Made by a program: the position numbers and the translations under genes. A stretch of 64,000 nucleotides of DNA. It comes from an uncultured Desulfosarcina sp. (GTDB taxonomy: Bacteria > Desulfobacterota > Desulfobacteria > Desulfobacterales > Desulfosarcinaceae). Location of the stretch: assembly GCA_963674945.2 (NCBI GenBank), contig CAXXWQ010000003.1, positions 64,001 to 128,000 on the forward strand, written 5' to 3'. A model generated the notes under the pieces. That model did not search any database. It was not told the origin of the DNA and saw only the letters and a program-made list of their open reading frames with translations. Below, piece after piece: positions 29,987-39,992 of the stretch. Positions within the stretch are counted from its first letter, which is position 1, and the number at the start of each line of letters is the position of its first letter.

Positions 29987-32900
29987 CTACCGATCCTTTT
30001 CCTCGTCCTCATCTTTGCCGAACCCCACCACCTCCACGGCGACCCATTTGGGCACCAGATTTTCGGACATATCGGCCACATAGTCCTGGAAGCGGGCCTC
30101 GGCGTTTCTCATACCCGTTGTTTCTTCGGCCACCTTGCTGGTTTCACTCACGCTGCCAGTACCTGCCAGGGCGGCCATACTTGCTGTAGCCCCGGACGTA
30201 TCAGGCACCCCCACCGATGTTCCGACAACTTCGATATTCTGGGCATTGACCACCTCCTGCGCACCCAGGAATATGTTCTTGCCTTTGATTCCGGCCTCAC
30301 CGGCATCGATTTGGCCTTCGGGCGCAAACAGGTAGATATCTCCTATTTCCGGCTCCTTCATCGGCCCTTCCGCTCCGTCCGGATCGAAGGTCAACGCGCG
30401 AATGCCACTGCCAACGGCGGGGGGCGTGAAAGACACATAAGCATCCCCATTCATATCGAACTTGGTTTCCGGGGAACTGGTACTGATCGCCGTTCGGGAT
30501 CCCCTTCCCGCATTGATATCTCCATCATCCGACCAGACGATGATATCACCACCGCCGAAAGTCACGACCCTGGATTCGTTCACGTTTAAATCGTTCACCG
30601 CATATACATTTACCGAGCCCCCGGATGTCGTATAGATGCCTGTATTTCCGCTCTCCCCGGAATCGAGAGCGGTCTGGCCGACATTAACATCACCCGCGGC
30701 GATGATGTAAACGTCCGTTTGATTGCCGCTGGTGCTGATTTGCGATTTGACCAAATCGATGTCACCCGTGCCATGTTCCTCGTCCGGTATAAGTTCCGAG
30801 ATAATGGTTGCCCGTGTTTCATCGATAATTTCGGTGGCCTCTTTCTGATCGCCATCGGCCAGGGCATTGCTGTAGTCTTCGCCGGCTTTCTTTAACGCTT
30901 CGAAATGATCCGACAAACCGGAAAAATCAATTTCCAAGGCGATTCCCGCCACCACCACGAGATCACTTTCACCATTTGCAAGATAGGGATTGCGGAGTGA
31001 ACCCGTAGATTGAATCCCCCCCGTGGCCCCCAGCGAAATCTGATTGCCAGCTTGGACGATCAGACTGCCGGGGCCAGTGGATTCTATTCCCGTATTTTCG
31101 TCGTTTGCAACCATCGATTCCAGCAAGATGTCATTGCCTGCAAGTACGAAATTCACGTCATTGGCATTGATGGTCTGGCCCAGCATCTGAAAATTGCGGA
31201 TATCGTTTCCGGCTTGGATGGTGGCCTGTTTAGGCAAAATAAGACTTAAATCGAGGATATCGCCTCCCGCCGAAATGTAAATTGGCGTTGCATCATCGGT
31301 ATGGAGCGGTGTTGATGCATGCAGATTTTTATTTTTTAGTCTATTTATGAAATAACTTTTGTCTCGTATTTCGCCAGAATCATTCAAATCAAAAGAGTGC
31401 TCTCCATACACTTCTCCCGGAGCGAGATCCGCCATCAATATCGTGCCCCGGCTACTGCCGGCTCCCACCATACCGGCGCGTCCCTTTATATCGCCCATGG
31501 CGATGAGCGACAGCTGTCCATCTTGGGCGGGCGGCATCGTGAAGCCCGAATAAAGCAGAATATCCCGCCCCGCTTGAAAGCCGACATTCGGCGGAACGAT
31601 GGAAAGTGCCCCACCATTGTAGTAGTCGCTCTCGCCTCGGTATATTGCATTGCCGTTGAGTGCCTCCACGTATACACCGGCATCCTGCGAATAACTTAAA
31701 TTCCATTGAAGATTAAATTCGTCGCTGGCGATGGTGGGATTGATCATGGATCCAATTTGAACAGTTCCTTGGGCAGTTACGGAAAATGAGCTGTCAAACA
31801 GCTCAAACTGCGAGAAAATTTCACTGTAGCTTTGCCCTCCGCCAATGATTTTCCGTTTGCAGCCGAAATCCTCGCCGGCGATCATGCGGCTCTCGAAACC
31901 ACTTTTTACCAAAAAACGGCCGTCTAACGATCCACCCGCATGAACCTCAAGGTTACCATCCCCGAAATTTCCCATGGGGGCATAAATATCTCCGCCGGCC
32001 GTTACCGAAAGCAATCCGCCGCCCAGGTTGACGATCCCCTGGGTTCCATATTCGTTGCTCTGTCCGTAATTCGCTGCGTGGGCATAAAATTTTTCTCCGC
32101 TGGAATCAGTGAGAAGCAGACTCACATCCCACTCACTTTCATCCCGTGGCACCCCCGTGACATTTCCGCCAACCAGTATATGGATATCGCCCCCGCCCTC
32201 GGACCACAGCTGCTGCCTGAGGTCCTCATCGGATGAAGGCAGACCTACGGTGCGGATGGATCCCATCACGTTATTTCGGCCATCCGATCTGCTCTTTAGC
32301 TCCAGATCGTCGCCAATCTCCAGAGTAACATCGCCGGTGTAGGACTGGATCGCGCCACCCGATATCTCGAGAGACCCGCCAATTTGCCCACGCACCGTTT
32401 TATTGAAGGACATCAAGCTGGATGAAAGATATCCATAAGTCAGGGCCACGCTTTTACCCAATCCGATCACAGTATCCCCCGCAGATGCGAACCAAATCGG
32501 TGCGGATTCACTATATATCAACTGCCCGTTAGAGATAACCAGCTGGCCTTCGCCATCATCCAGGGAAGTATCGATGGCCATCACATTCGCGGATTCGAGA
32601 TCTGCCCCAGCAGTGATCCGCATGACCCAACTGTTAAATTGCGGATTGTCTTCCGAAGTAAATTGATAAGGTTCGTCGGTGATCGAACCACCGAAGGTGA
32701 TGCTTTGTGCGGCTCGCAGGGTCAACGCACCGAAGACCTCATCATCGCCATATCGCTCGGTTGTTAAGGCCCAATCATCAAGGATCGCGAGATCACCGTC
32801 GCTGACGATTTCAACGCCCGGAACAACAGTCACTGCAACGCCTTCCGCGTCCAGTTGATCGGCGTTCCAGTCCAGCTCTTCGATGAATCCTTGAGCCGAT

Positions 32901-35900
32901 TCGGCGATGTCCTTCTGACTGATAACGCCCGCGCCCGATGCCTGCCCTCCTGCCATTGCTGCGATTTCAGCACTCTCGATTCTCTCGAATCCTTCGGCTA
33001 TGATTTGAACGGCACCTTGGATGCGGCCATCCAAGTCCATTTTTACCTCATTGCCTTCCCGTTGCGCTCTGAAATAGACGACGCCCCCCTTGCCGCCCCC
33101 CGTGTTTTCGGCGTCGATGAGGGCCGTCTCGGACAGGGTTATGAACCCGTTGGCGGCGTTCAGGTATACCTCTGCGCCGGTGGATGATGTGCGGGATCCC
33201 GCGATGGAAATGTTGCCCGCCAGCGTCAGGTCGTTGCCCGCATTCAGGGTTATCAGGCTGGATGTATCGTCATTCATGCCGGTAATCGTACCATGGATTT
33301 CGATATTCCCGTCATCCGCCGTCAATTGAACAAGTTGTGCCTGCAGCACGGCATCCGCTGGCAGATACAAATTCGAATCACCGGTGCCATCCTGCCTGCT
33401 GTGCAGGTCGATCTGATGGGTGAACATCCCTTGCGCGAGGATGTTCGCGATATCACCGAGGTCTCCGATATTTTGGGAATCCATCCAGAAACTGCCTCCC
33501 ACACCGGTGCCGGTGGCCAACAGCGTCCCTTCTTCCATTAATACCTTGCCATTTGCGGCAGTCACCTCAACCCCGCCAGCATCCCCCTGTGTACCTGCGG
33601 CGACGGAGATCACCGAACCGCTTTGCAGCCGGACGCCGCCAAGCTCGGAAAGAAGCGCAACGTTTCCACCCGCCACATAGTCGTTGCCATCGACATTGAT
33701 TGTTGCTCCAGGTTGCAGAGCAATGCTGTCCGCCGCGCTGTTACCCATGGATTCAAATATGATCGTGCCGGCCGGAATGTCGATGACGCCGCCATGATGG
33801 ATGGACGCTGCGCGAAAATGCAGCTTGCCGCCGAAACTGTCTGCCGGATCGTACGCATCTTCATTGGATAGGATGGTGATGTTTCCAGCCGTCGACTCCA
33901 CCAGAAAATCGGTGGAGACATAAATTTCCTCACCGACTGCGTCCATACCAAAAAGGCCTTCGGCGCCAATGGCGGATGCTAAGAGTGTGAGGTCGGCATC
34001 GGTCTGCAATTTTCCATCTCCATAAAACACCAATTTGCCGGCAGACTGTAAGTCGACCTGTTTGGTACCGTCGATACGGATCTCGCCTTGCCCCACATCG
34101 ATTGAAGACGCACGGAAGAGTATACGCCCCCTGTCCGTCAAATCGTTTGCATCCGTTTTTTCATGGGTGTTATGCAAAACGATTTGATCCGCGACGACAT
34201 TGGCCGGATGATTCTCCGCAGATGCCTGATGAGCGATCAAGCCGGTATCGATACTCAGCACGCCCTGGACTTGAAGGGTCACATCGTCATGCAAAACCAC
34301 GCTTTCCCGACCTGTGAGCGCGATCGATGCATAGTCGGAAAATGCCGACCATTGAGACTGTGACAGCACCAGGCCATGGGAAACGGAAGCCGTTTGCACA
34401 TCCGGAACGATCTGAATCATATCGCTTCGTAGCGCAAGCATGCCGTTATCGGAAATCATGCTGCCTTCCAGATCCATATGGTTCGTGTCCAACGTAATTG
34501 TATCCGCGGCGTGAACCAGTGCATTTTCCCGAATCGCGATTTCGCCCGAACTGGTCAAAGTGATGGTGCCGCCCGCATCCGTTGCCTGCAGGGCGCTCTC
34601 CTGCTGAAGTTCAATACCGCCCTCTGCCGTTATGGTGATATCTGTAGCTTTCAGTTGTGTCCCTTGGGTCAGTGTCACGCACCCGCCTTTCTCGCTATCG
34701 TCCTCGGCTGCGTTTTTGCGTGCGCTGACCACGATATTGCCGCGATCTGTTTCAAACAAATCGTCCACGACGAGTATCAGGTTGCCGGCGTTCTCGGACA
34801 ACAACGACGCAACCTCGTTGTAGTCTGCCAAAGCCGATACGTCGCTGATCAGCCGTGCATTCACCCCGCTGGCTACCAATGTTCCCGGCGTAAAGCCATC
34901 CAAACCGCCGATGTTCATCGTCCCGCGAATCAAGGTGGTGTCGGATAGCAGATTAATCGTTCCGCCATCGCCTGCGGTATAGCTTTTTACCTCAAACAGG
35001 CCTTCCTCCAGCACTTCGGAGGCCGGCCGAATCGTAAACAGATGGGGGGTCGCGTCCTGCACATCGGTTCCCACCTCACTCAAATAGCCGATCAGCTGCG
35101 TATAGTTTTCCCGAGAAGATGTACCTTGTTGCACAAAGTCGATGGCGCCTTGATCCTCGATGATCAGGGCACCAGGGACAAAAGCGTACTCAGCGGGAAG
35201 TAGGGCGTACTCACCGGCCTCGAGCATCGATCCGCCGGAAAAATAAACACCGGCCCCATCCAATAGGTCCGGATTATCTGGCAGGATGATCATTCTTCCG
35301 TTGATTTCAAAAGGATTTTCACTGCCTTCGATTCCCGGATCAAAACGGTAGGAGTAGATTTTGCCCGACCCCGAAGCGTCGATGGTGGATGACGGTTCAG
35401 CCAGAAACGCCTGGCTGTAGACGGAAACTGCTGAACTGGGAGCTGCCGCGACATCACTTTTTACGGTGGCAGAAGTGGCATAGGAATGGTCAAATGCTTC
35501 CCAGCTCAGATTGTTTTCCGCAAGCAGGGCACCATAAAATACCGACGCCTCTCCCGTCGTAGAGGTGACACTTTTTTCTCCGAAAACGATCTGCTCGGCT
35601 TGCGTATAATTCTCCTCCCAAATGCCGCTATCGCCTTTTTCTCGTCTGATGTCACCGCAAAAGACGATTTCTCCCATAGGCGCTTTTACCGTTCCGTTCT
35701 GGGAAATGGTGTCGGCCGCGAAGATCAGCGTCCCCCCGGCCGATAAAAGTGCATTGGGGTCGCCGGAATCGCTGTTTTGAATGTGGATGGATCCCTCACT
35801 GGAGTGGAACACAAAACGGGACTGGGATGTGGGATAGATCTGGTCGGACTGCAATAACATACTCGCCGCAGTCTCCAATCCGCCACTCCAACTTCCAGTA

Positions 35901-38900
35901 TTTCCTGACACATATGTCAATTCTTCTACTTTGAGATCCTCTTCGGTTTTCAACACGACGTTGGAGAAATTGCTGATGGAAATCGCACCGCTCACATTGA
36001 TTCCCTGAACCCCGTCGATAATAAGTGTCGCGTCGCCAAGCACCGGCGAATCGCTGGAGATGGTGCCGTTGTTGCTGATGTCCACGAATTGAGCCGACAA
36101 TCGGATTTCAGGAATCGCGGGAAAATCATCGCCTGATTCGGAATCGGCGATTTGAATCATCGGGGTGTCGATGCCCAATCGCTCCGATAGGGATAGGGCG
36201 AGATGGTCGTGGTCGAAGACAATTGGTTTGATAGAGATTAATTGGAGACTGGCGATGTCTTTGCCGATCAATGACACCAACTGCGAATCGACCCGCAAAC
36301 CGTCTCCGCCATTGTTCTTAAAAGTCAATGAACCGCCACCGACACCGTCGAGGGCAGCATGACCGGCGTCAATGGTTCCTTTCAAGGCCAACGATCCATC
36401 CTGGGCCTCGGAACGAAGATAGGAAAACGTGACCGAACCAGCGTCACCGGCGATCCAGGTGCCTTGCAGAATACCATCGCCGGTATCCAGATAATGAAGC
36501 GTCTGTTCGGCGGCCGATATGTCGATGGTCGCACCGCTGTCGAACAACAATTGCCCTTCGGATTCCAGAGAGACGGCGCCGGCGTCCAGGGCCGTACCAC
36601 TAGACGGGATACCGGCCCCGCTCTCATCGAGCTTGACGATATTTTTCCCCTTCACCTGAAGCAAGGCGCCGTCTTGAATATGCAGGGTGTTTTCTTCCAG
36701 CGATGAAGCCCTTTTTACCAGGGATATGGCGCCGGCATCCGCTTGAAGCAGACCGCCGATTTCGATTCCGGATGCTTCAATGCGAATCGATCCGTATATG
36801 GCGGCAACCAGGCCGGCCTGGTCGTCGAGGGTGACCGTTGCCGTCGTGTCCAACCAAGAAGCGGTGGCTTCATCGAAATTATGATATTCTTTTTTCTCGT
36901 TAGAAAACAGCGCACCGGCCACGATCGTGATTTCGTTCTCGCCGAGGAAATCGTCGAAAACGGTGATGACGCCTTCGTCCCCGAGGCCCGATCCGATGGC
37001 CGCGTCGGCCGTTTTCATCGGTGTCGGTGCTGTGAGTTTCAGGTTGGAGGGGGTCAGATAGGCGCCGGTTTCAATGGTCACGTCTCCCACACTGATCAAA
37101 TGGATCGAACTGAACCCCGTATCCTCCAATCGATCGTGCGCGAGTCGAAGCGATCCCAGCAGATTCGATGGGATGCCTTCGGAGGGCGTCAAACCGTCGT
37201 TCAGAAAAGACGTTGAAGACTCCGCGACGATGTCGATGGTTTCTGCCTGCAAATCGATCGTTCCGCCCTCCTGCCCGAGCAGGGAAAGGCCGTAAAGATC
37301 GCCATCGAGAATCAAGGCGGTTCCCCGAATATCGACCTTACCGCCGTCTCCGCCGCTGACCGTGCCATCCTCTGCGATCTGGTACCCCCCGTTGACGATG
37401 AGACTGCTGCCCGCTTCCAACACGACGCCTTCGCCTTGATTGGCATAATCGAGAAGTTCGATCTTACCACCATTCAGGCGACCGTTGCGCACCTCGCCTT
37501 TGGTGGCCATGGAGAGGGCGTTGTCGACACGTTCTCCGCCGACTTCGATGACACCGCCTCCGGTTACCTGAATCCGTTCCGGTCCCAATAGCTGCTGCGG
37601 GATATAATCCGGATTGGAGGAACCGCTGGTCGTCGACTCGTCGGTGGTAAAATTACTGGCGGTTTGCAATTTGACCGTGCCACTCGGAATCTGGATGGCG
37701 CCTTCATGCAGAATCCTCCGTGCCGTTCCCACAAGCGTGCCCCCTGCTTGCAGTTGAAGCGTTGCCCCGGATTCGATCTCCAGCGAAGTGGCCGCGTGGA
37801 TCTGAAGTTCACTGAGATTCGCATTGCTCAGCATCTCCGTATTCAGCAGCGTCTTGTAAAAAGGACGCCCGTCATCATAATACTCTGTCGTGTATGGATT
37901 CACGCCGTTCTCGGAGACGATCTCACCGAGCGAGCTGTCCGCCTGGAAAGTATCCGGAAGCGAAGTTTCCGTATCCGTAATGACAACCTCGACGATCCCC
38001 GGATCGGAGACCTGATAGCTCAGAGAACCTTTCGGTGCGCTGCCGATGGTGAGAGAACCACCAATCGGCAGACTCTTCCCGAGGGTCAAATCATAGCCGA
38101 GTTCGTCTTTCAACTCTTCCGTCTCGGTCTGGTATGGGCCGATGGTAACCGAGCCGTTCAGCAAGCCGTTGAGGACGACGGTCCTTGCATTGATTTGCAG
38201 GCTGCCGGCGTCGGCACCCTCGATATACCCGGATGTCAGGGATTTCAGCGGTGAGGCGCCGCCCGTGTATATCCCGGAGAAGGTTTCAATGATCCCGAAG
38301 CGATCGTATTTGACCACGGTCTCATCCAGGATTCTGTCGTATTGAAGGTTCTCGGGGGCGCTGCTGATATCGTAAATAGTGTTGCCGCATAAAAGCTTGG
38401 TGGTTTGCACCGCGCCGGCTTCATAGACGTAACCGCCTCCACTGAAATCCAATTCGGCGTCGTCCCGGATGATGACTTCACCGACCCCGGCGTCGATGGT
38501 TATGTTGCCTCCCGCGGTCGCCCTTTCGGCAGCGGTTTTTTCCTCGGCATTCAAATAGCCTTCGACGATACCGATGCTGGAACCTTCACTCTTCTTGATC
38601 TGAACGGTTTCCCCTTTTAAATCGGACTCCTTTTGTTGGTAGTCATCCCTTAATTCGACGCTGTTCAGTTGAACGGAGACCACTTGATCCTCGGCCTGAC
38701 GTTGTGTCCATTCACCACTCACATCGATGGAACCGCCGCCACCCATGTAAATGCGGCCCTGGCTGCTCTCGACGGCCGTATCGTCCTCTGGTTGAAGGAA
38801 TAGGGTAACATTCCCGTTAGGCGCCTGTATGGCGCCGTTCAGTTCGATGTTGCTTCCGGCCTGTATCGAAACGGCTCCCGCAGAAAACGAGAAGCTTTCG

Positions 38901-39841
38901 TGATAGGCATCGGTCGATTCACTCACCGGCGTGCTGATCACGCTCTCTTCTCCGGTGCGAACCGTATCCGATGCGCGAAGTTCGATGACGCCCTGGTTGA
39001 CAACTGATGTCACGGCTCTTATCAACCCGTCATGGTTAACGACACCGCCATACAAACGGGTCGCACCACCGTCGGTTATGATTGCGCCTTCGGCGGTATT
39101 GGTGACGGTGCCGAAGCCATTCACCTCGAAACTTTCCGTAACCTGGCCTTCGCTGGTGAGTCCTTGGCTGTAATTGGCTTCGGTTCCCGCGCCGATGAAT
39201 ACATCTCCTTGCGGCGCTTCGATGGTTCCGCCGTTCACCACGTTGGGCGCCATCAGGAATACCTTGCCCGATGAGTCGGTCTCGATATGGCCGAAATTGG
39301 CAACGACTGCATCGGATTCCACTTCATCGCCGGAAAAATTCATGATTCCGTTCGTAAAATCGTCTTCCGCCATCATCAGGGCCGACGCTGCCAGGATATG
39401 CACATTGACCTGGGCATCTTTTGAAAACAGTATCCCGTTGGGATTGATCAGATAAACGGCACCGTCGGCGGTCAATCTCCCGTAGATCTGGCTAGGGTTT
39501 TGATCGAAAATTCGATTCAATGCAGCCCAGTTCGTGTTGTCCTGCTGGTCAAAGTGAACCATGGCGTCGGCGCCGATGTCGAATGATTCCCAGTCCAGCA
39601 TCGCCTTGGATTGGTTTTGGTGCACCACAAGCGTGTCGCTGCCCACCTTTTCAAGGTCTTTTACGCCGCTGATGATGTTCTGGATCACCGGCAACTGGTT
39701 TGCTGATGGCTGCACCAAGTTGCCCATGTTCCCATAGAAACCGGGGATGTTAGCTCCGGCAAAACTAACTGCCGGAAGAAAGGTCAAATCGAAGACCAGG
39801 AGAAGAAGCAGTATTTGTTTTCTTATCGTCGTTGGTTTCAT
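29987..39841 (-). CDS. 3284-aa filamentous-haemagglutinin-family TpsA exoprotein with DUF3739-like C-terminus
   Basis: Signal peptide, TPS domain (LDWESFDIG, LNRI, INPNGILF), long Gly-rich beta-helix repeats, C-terminal GGDIIVWS..GDINAGRGSRT...LFAPEGQIDAGEAGI; very acidic. Confidence 0.9.
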   Translation of the reverse strand: MKPTTIRKQILLLLLVFDLTFLPAVSFAGANIPGFYGNMGNLVQPSANQLPVIQNIISGVKDLEKVGSDTLVVHQNQSKAMLDWESFDIGADAMVHFDQQDNTNWAALNRIFDQNPSQIYGRLTADGAVYLINPNGILFSKDAQVNVHILAASALMMAEDDFTNGIMNFSGDEVESDAVVANFGHIETDSSGKVFLMAPNVVNGGTIEAPQGDVFIGAGTEANYSQGLTSEGQVTESFEVNGFGTVTNTAEGAIITDGGATRLYGGVVNHDGLIRAVTSVVNQGVIELRASDTVRTGEESVISTPVSESTDAYHESFSFSAGAVSIQAGSNIELNGAIQAPNGNVTLFLQPEDDTAVESSQGRIYMGGGGSIDVSGEWTQRQAEDQVVSVQLNSVELRDDYQQKESDLKGETVQIKKSEGSSIGIVEGYLNAEEKTAAERATAGGNITIDAGVGEVIIRDDAELDFSGGGYVYEAGAVQTTKLLCGNTIYDISSAPENLQYDRILDETVVKYDRFGIIETFSGIYTGGASPLKSLTSGYIEGADAGSLQINARTVVLNGLLNGSVTIGPYQTETEELKDELGYDLTLGKSLPIGGSLTIGSAPKGSLSYQVSDPGIVEVVITDTETSLPDTFQADSSLGEIVSENGVNPYTTEYYDDGRPFYKTLLNTEMLSNANLSELQIHAATSLEIESGATLQLQAGGTLVGTARRILHEGAIQIPSGTVKLQTASNFTTDESTTSGSSNPDYIPQQLLGPERIQVTGGGVIEVGGERVDNALSMATKGEVRNGRLNGGKIELLDYANQGEGVVLEAGSSLIVNGGYQIAEDGTVSGGDGGKVDIRGTALILDGDLYGLSLLGQEGGTIDLQAETIDIVAESSTSFLNDGLTPSEGIPSNLLGSLRLAHDRLEDTGFSSIHLISVGDVTIETGAYLTPSNLKLTAPTPMKTADAAIGSGLGDEGVITVFDDFLGENEITIVAGALFSNEKKEYHNFDEATASWLDTTATVTLDDQAGLVAAIYGSIRIEASGIEIGGLLQADAGAISLVKRASSLEENTLHIQDGALLQVKGKNIVKLDESGAGIPSSGTALDAGAVSLESEGQLLFDSGATIDISAAEQTLHYLDTGDGILQGTWIAGDAGSVTFSYLRSEAQDGSLALKGTIDAGHAALDGVGGGSLTFKNNGGDGLRVDSQLVSLIGKDIASLQLISIKPIVFDHDHLALSLSERLGIDTPMIQIADSESGDDFPAIPEIRLSAQFVDISNNGTISSDSPVLGDATLIIDGVQGINVSGAISISNFSNVVLKTEEDLKVEELTYVSGNTGSWSGGLETAASMLLQSDQIYPTSQSRFVFHSSEGSIHIQNSDSGDPNALLSAGGTLIFAADTISQNGTVKAPMGEIVFCGDIRREKGDSGIWEENYTQAEQIVFGEKSVTSTTGEASVFYGALLAENNLSWEAFDHSYATSATVKSDVAAAPSSAVSVYSQAFLAEPSSTIDASGSGKIYSYRFDPGIEGSENPFEINGRMIILPDNPDLLDGAGVYFSGGSMLEAGEYALLPAEYAFVPGALIIEDQGAIDFVQQGTSSRENYTQLIGYLSEVGTDVQDATPHLFTIRPASEVLEEGLFEVKSYTAGDGGTINLLSDTTLIRGTMNIGGLDGFTPGTLVASGVNARLISDVSALADYNEVASLLSENAGNLILVVDDLFETDRGNIVVSARKNAAEDDSEKGGCVTLTQGTQLKATDITITAEGGIELQQESALQATDAGGTITLTSSGEIAIRENALVHAADTITLDTNHMDLEGSMISDNGMLALRSDMIQIVPDVQTASVSHGLVLSQSQWSAFSDYASIALTGRESVVLHDDVTLQVQGVLSIDTGLIAHQASAENHPANVVADQIVLHNTHEKTDANDLTDRGRILFRASSIDVGQGEIRIDGTKQVDLQSAGKLVFYGDGKLQTDADLTLLASAIGAEGLFGMDAVGEEIYVSTDFLVESTAGNITILSNEDAYDPADSFGGKLHFRAASIHHGGVIDIPAGTIIFESMGNSAADSIALQPGATINVDGNDYVAGGNVALLSELGGVRLQSGSVISVAAGTQGDAGGVEVTAANGKVLMEEGTLLATGTGVGGSFWMDSQNIGDLGDIANILAQGMFTHQIDLHSRQDGTGDSNLYLPADAVLQAQLVQLTADDGNIEIHGTITGMNDDTSSLITLNAGNDLTLAGNISIAGSRTSSTGAEVYLNAANGFITLSETALIDAENTGGGKGGVVYFRAQREGNEVKMDLDGRIQGAVQIIAEGFERIESAEIAAMAGGQASGAGVISQKDIAESAQGFIEELDWNADQLDAEGVAVTVVPGVEIVSDGDLAILDDWALTTERYGDDEVFGALTLRAAQSITFGGSITDEPYQFTSEDNPQFNSWVMRITAGADLESANVMAIDTSLDDGEGQLVISNGQLIYSESAPIWFASAGDTVIGLGKSVALTYGYLSSSLMSFNKTVRGQIGGSLEISGGAIQSYTGDVTLEIGDDLELKSRSDGRNNVMGSIRTVGLPSSDEDLRQQLWSEGGGDIHILVGGNVTGVPRDESEWDVSLLLTDSSGEKFYAHAANYGQSNEYGTQGIVNLGGGLLSVTAGGDIYAPMGNFGDGNLEVHAGGSLDGRFLVKSGFESRMIAGEDFGCKRKIIGGGQSYSEIFSQFELFDSSFSVTAQGTVQIGSMINPTIASDEFNLQWNLSYSQDAGVYVEALNGNAIYRGESDYYNGGALSIVPPNVGFQAGRDILLYSGFTMPPAQDGQLSLIAMGDIKGRAGMVGAGSSRGTILMADLAPGEVYGEHSFDLNDSGEIRDKSYFINRLKNKNLHASTPLHTDDATPIYISAGGDILDLSLILPKQATIQAGNDIRNFQMLGQTINANDVNFVLAGNDILLESMVANDENTGIESTGPGSLIVQAGNQISLGATGGIQSTGSLRNPYLANGESDLVVVAGIALEIDFSGLSDHFEALKKAGEDYSNALADGDQKEATEIIDETRATIISELIPDEEHGTGDIDLVKSQISTSGNQTDVYIIAAGDVNVGQTALDSGESGNTGIYTTSGGSVNVYAVNDLNVNESRVVTFGGGDIIVWSDDGDINAGRGSRTAISTSSPETKFDMNGDAYVSFTPPAVGSGIRALTFDPDGAEGPMKEPEIGDIYLFAPEGQIDAGEAGIKGKNIFLGAQEVVNAQNIEVVGTSVGVPDTSGATASMAALAGTGSVSETSKVAEETTGMRNAEARFQDYVADMSENLVPKWVAVEVVGFGKDEDEEKDR

Positions 39842-39852
39842 AATTCAACACT

Positions 39853-39937
39853 GTGTTAAGTATTAAGTGTTAAGAAAATGTGGAATGGCTTTTAATCACC
39901 CCTCTCCCCTCAAGGAGAGAGGGTCGGGGTGAGGGGG
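39853..39937. repeat. 7-mer tandem (gtgttaa/gtattaa/gtgttaa) plus REP-like palindrome ccctctccc...gagagggtcggggtgagggg
   Basis: Read directly between tpsB and tpsA; a related degenerate copy is at 44071-44111. Confidence 0.6.
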
Positions 39938-39992
39938 CAAAAATACCAAACAGTAAAATTCATCCCAGCGGCCGAAGACCATGGGATAAATT

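Noticed and set aside
29987..39841. Contact-dependent inhibition (CdiA) toxin
   Set aside because: No VENN-type motif, variable toxin tip or small immunity gene; the C-terminus is DUF3739-like and the next gene is exbB.
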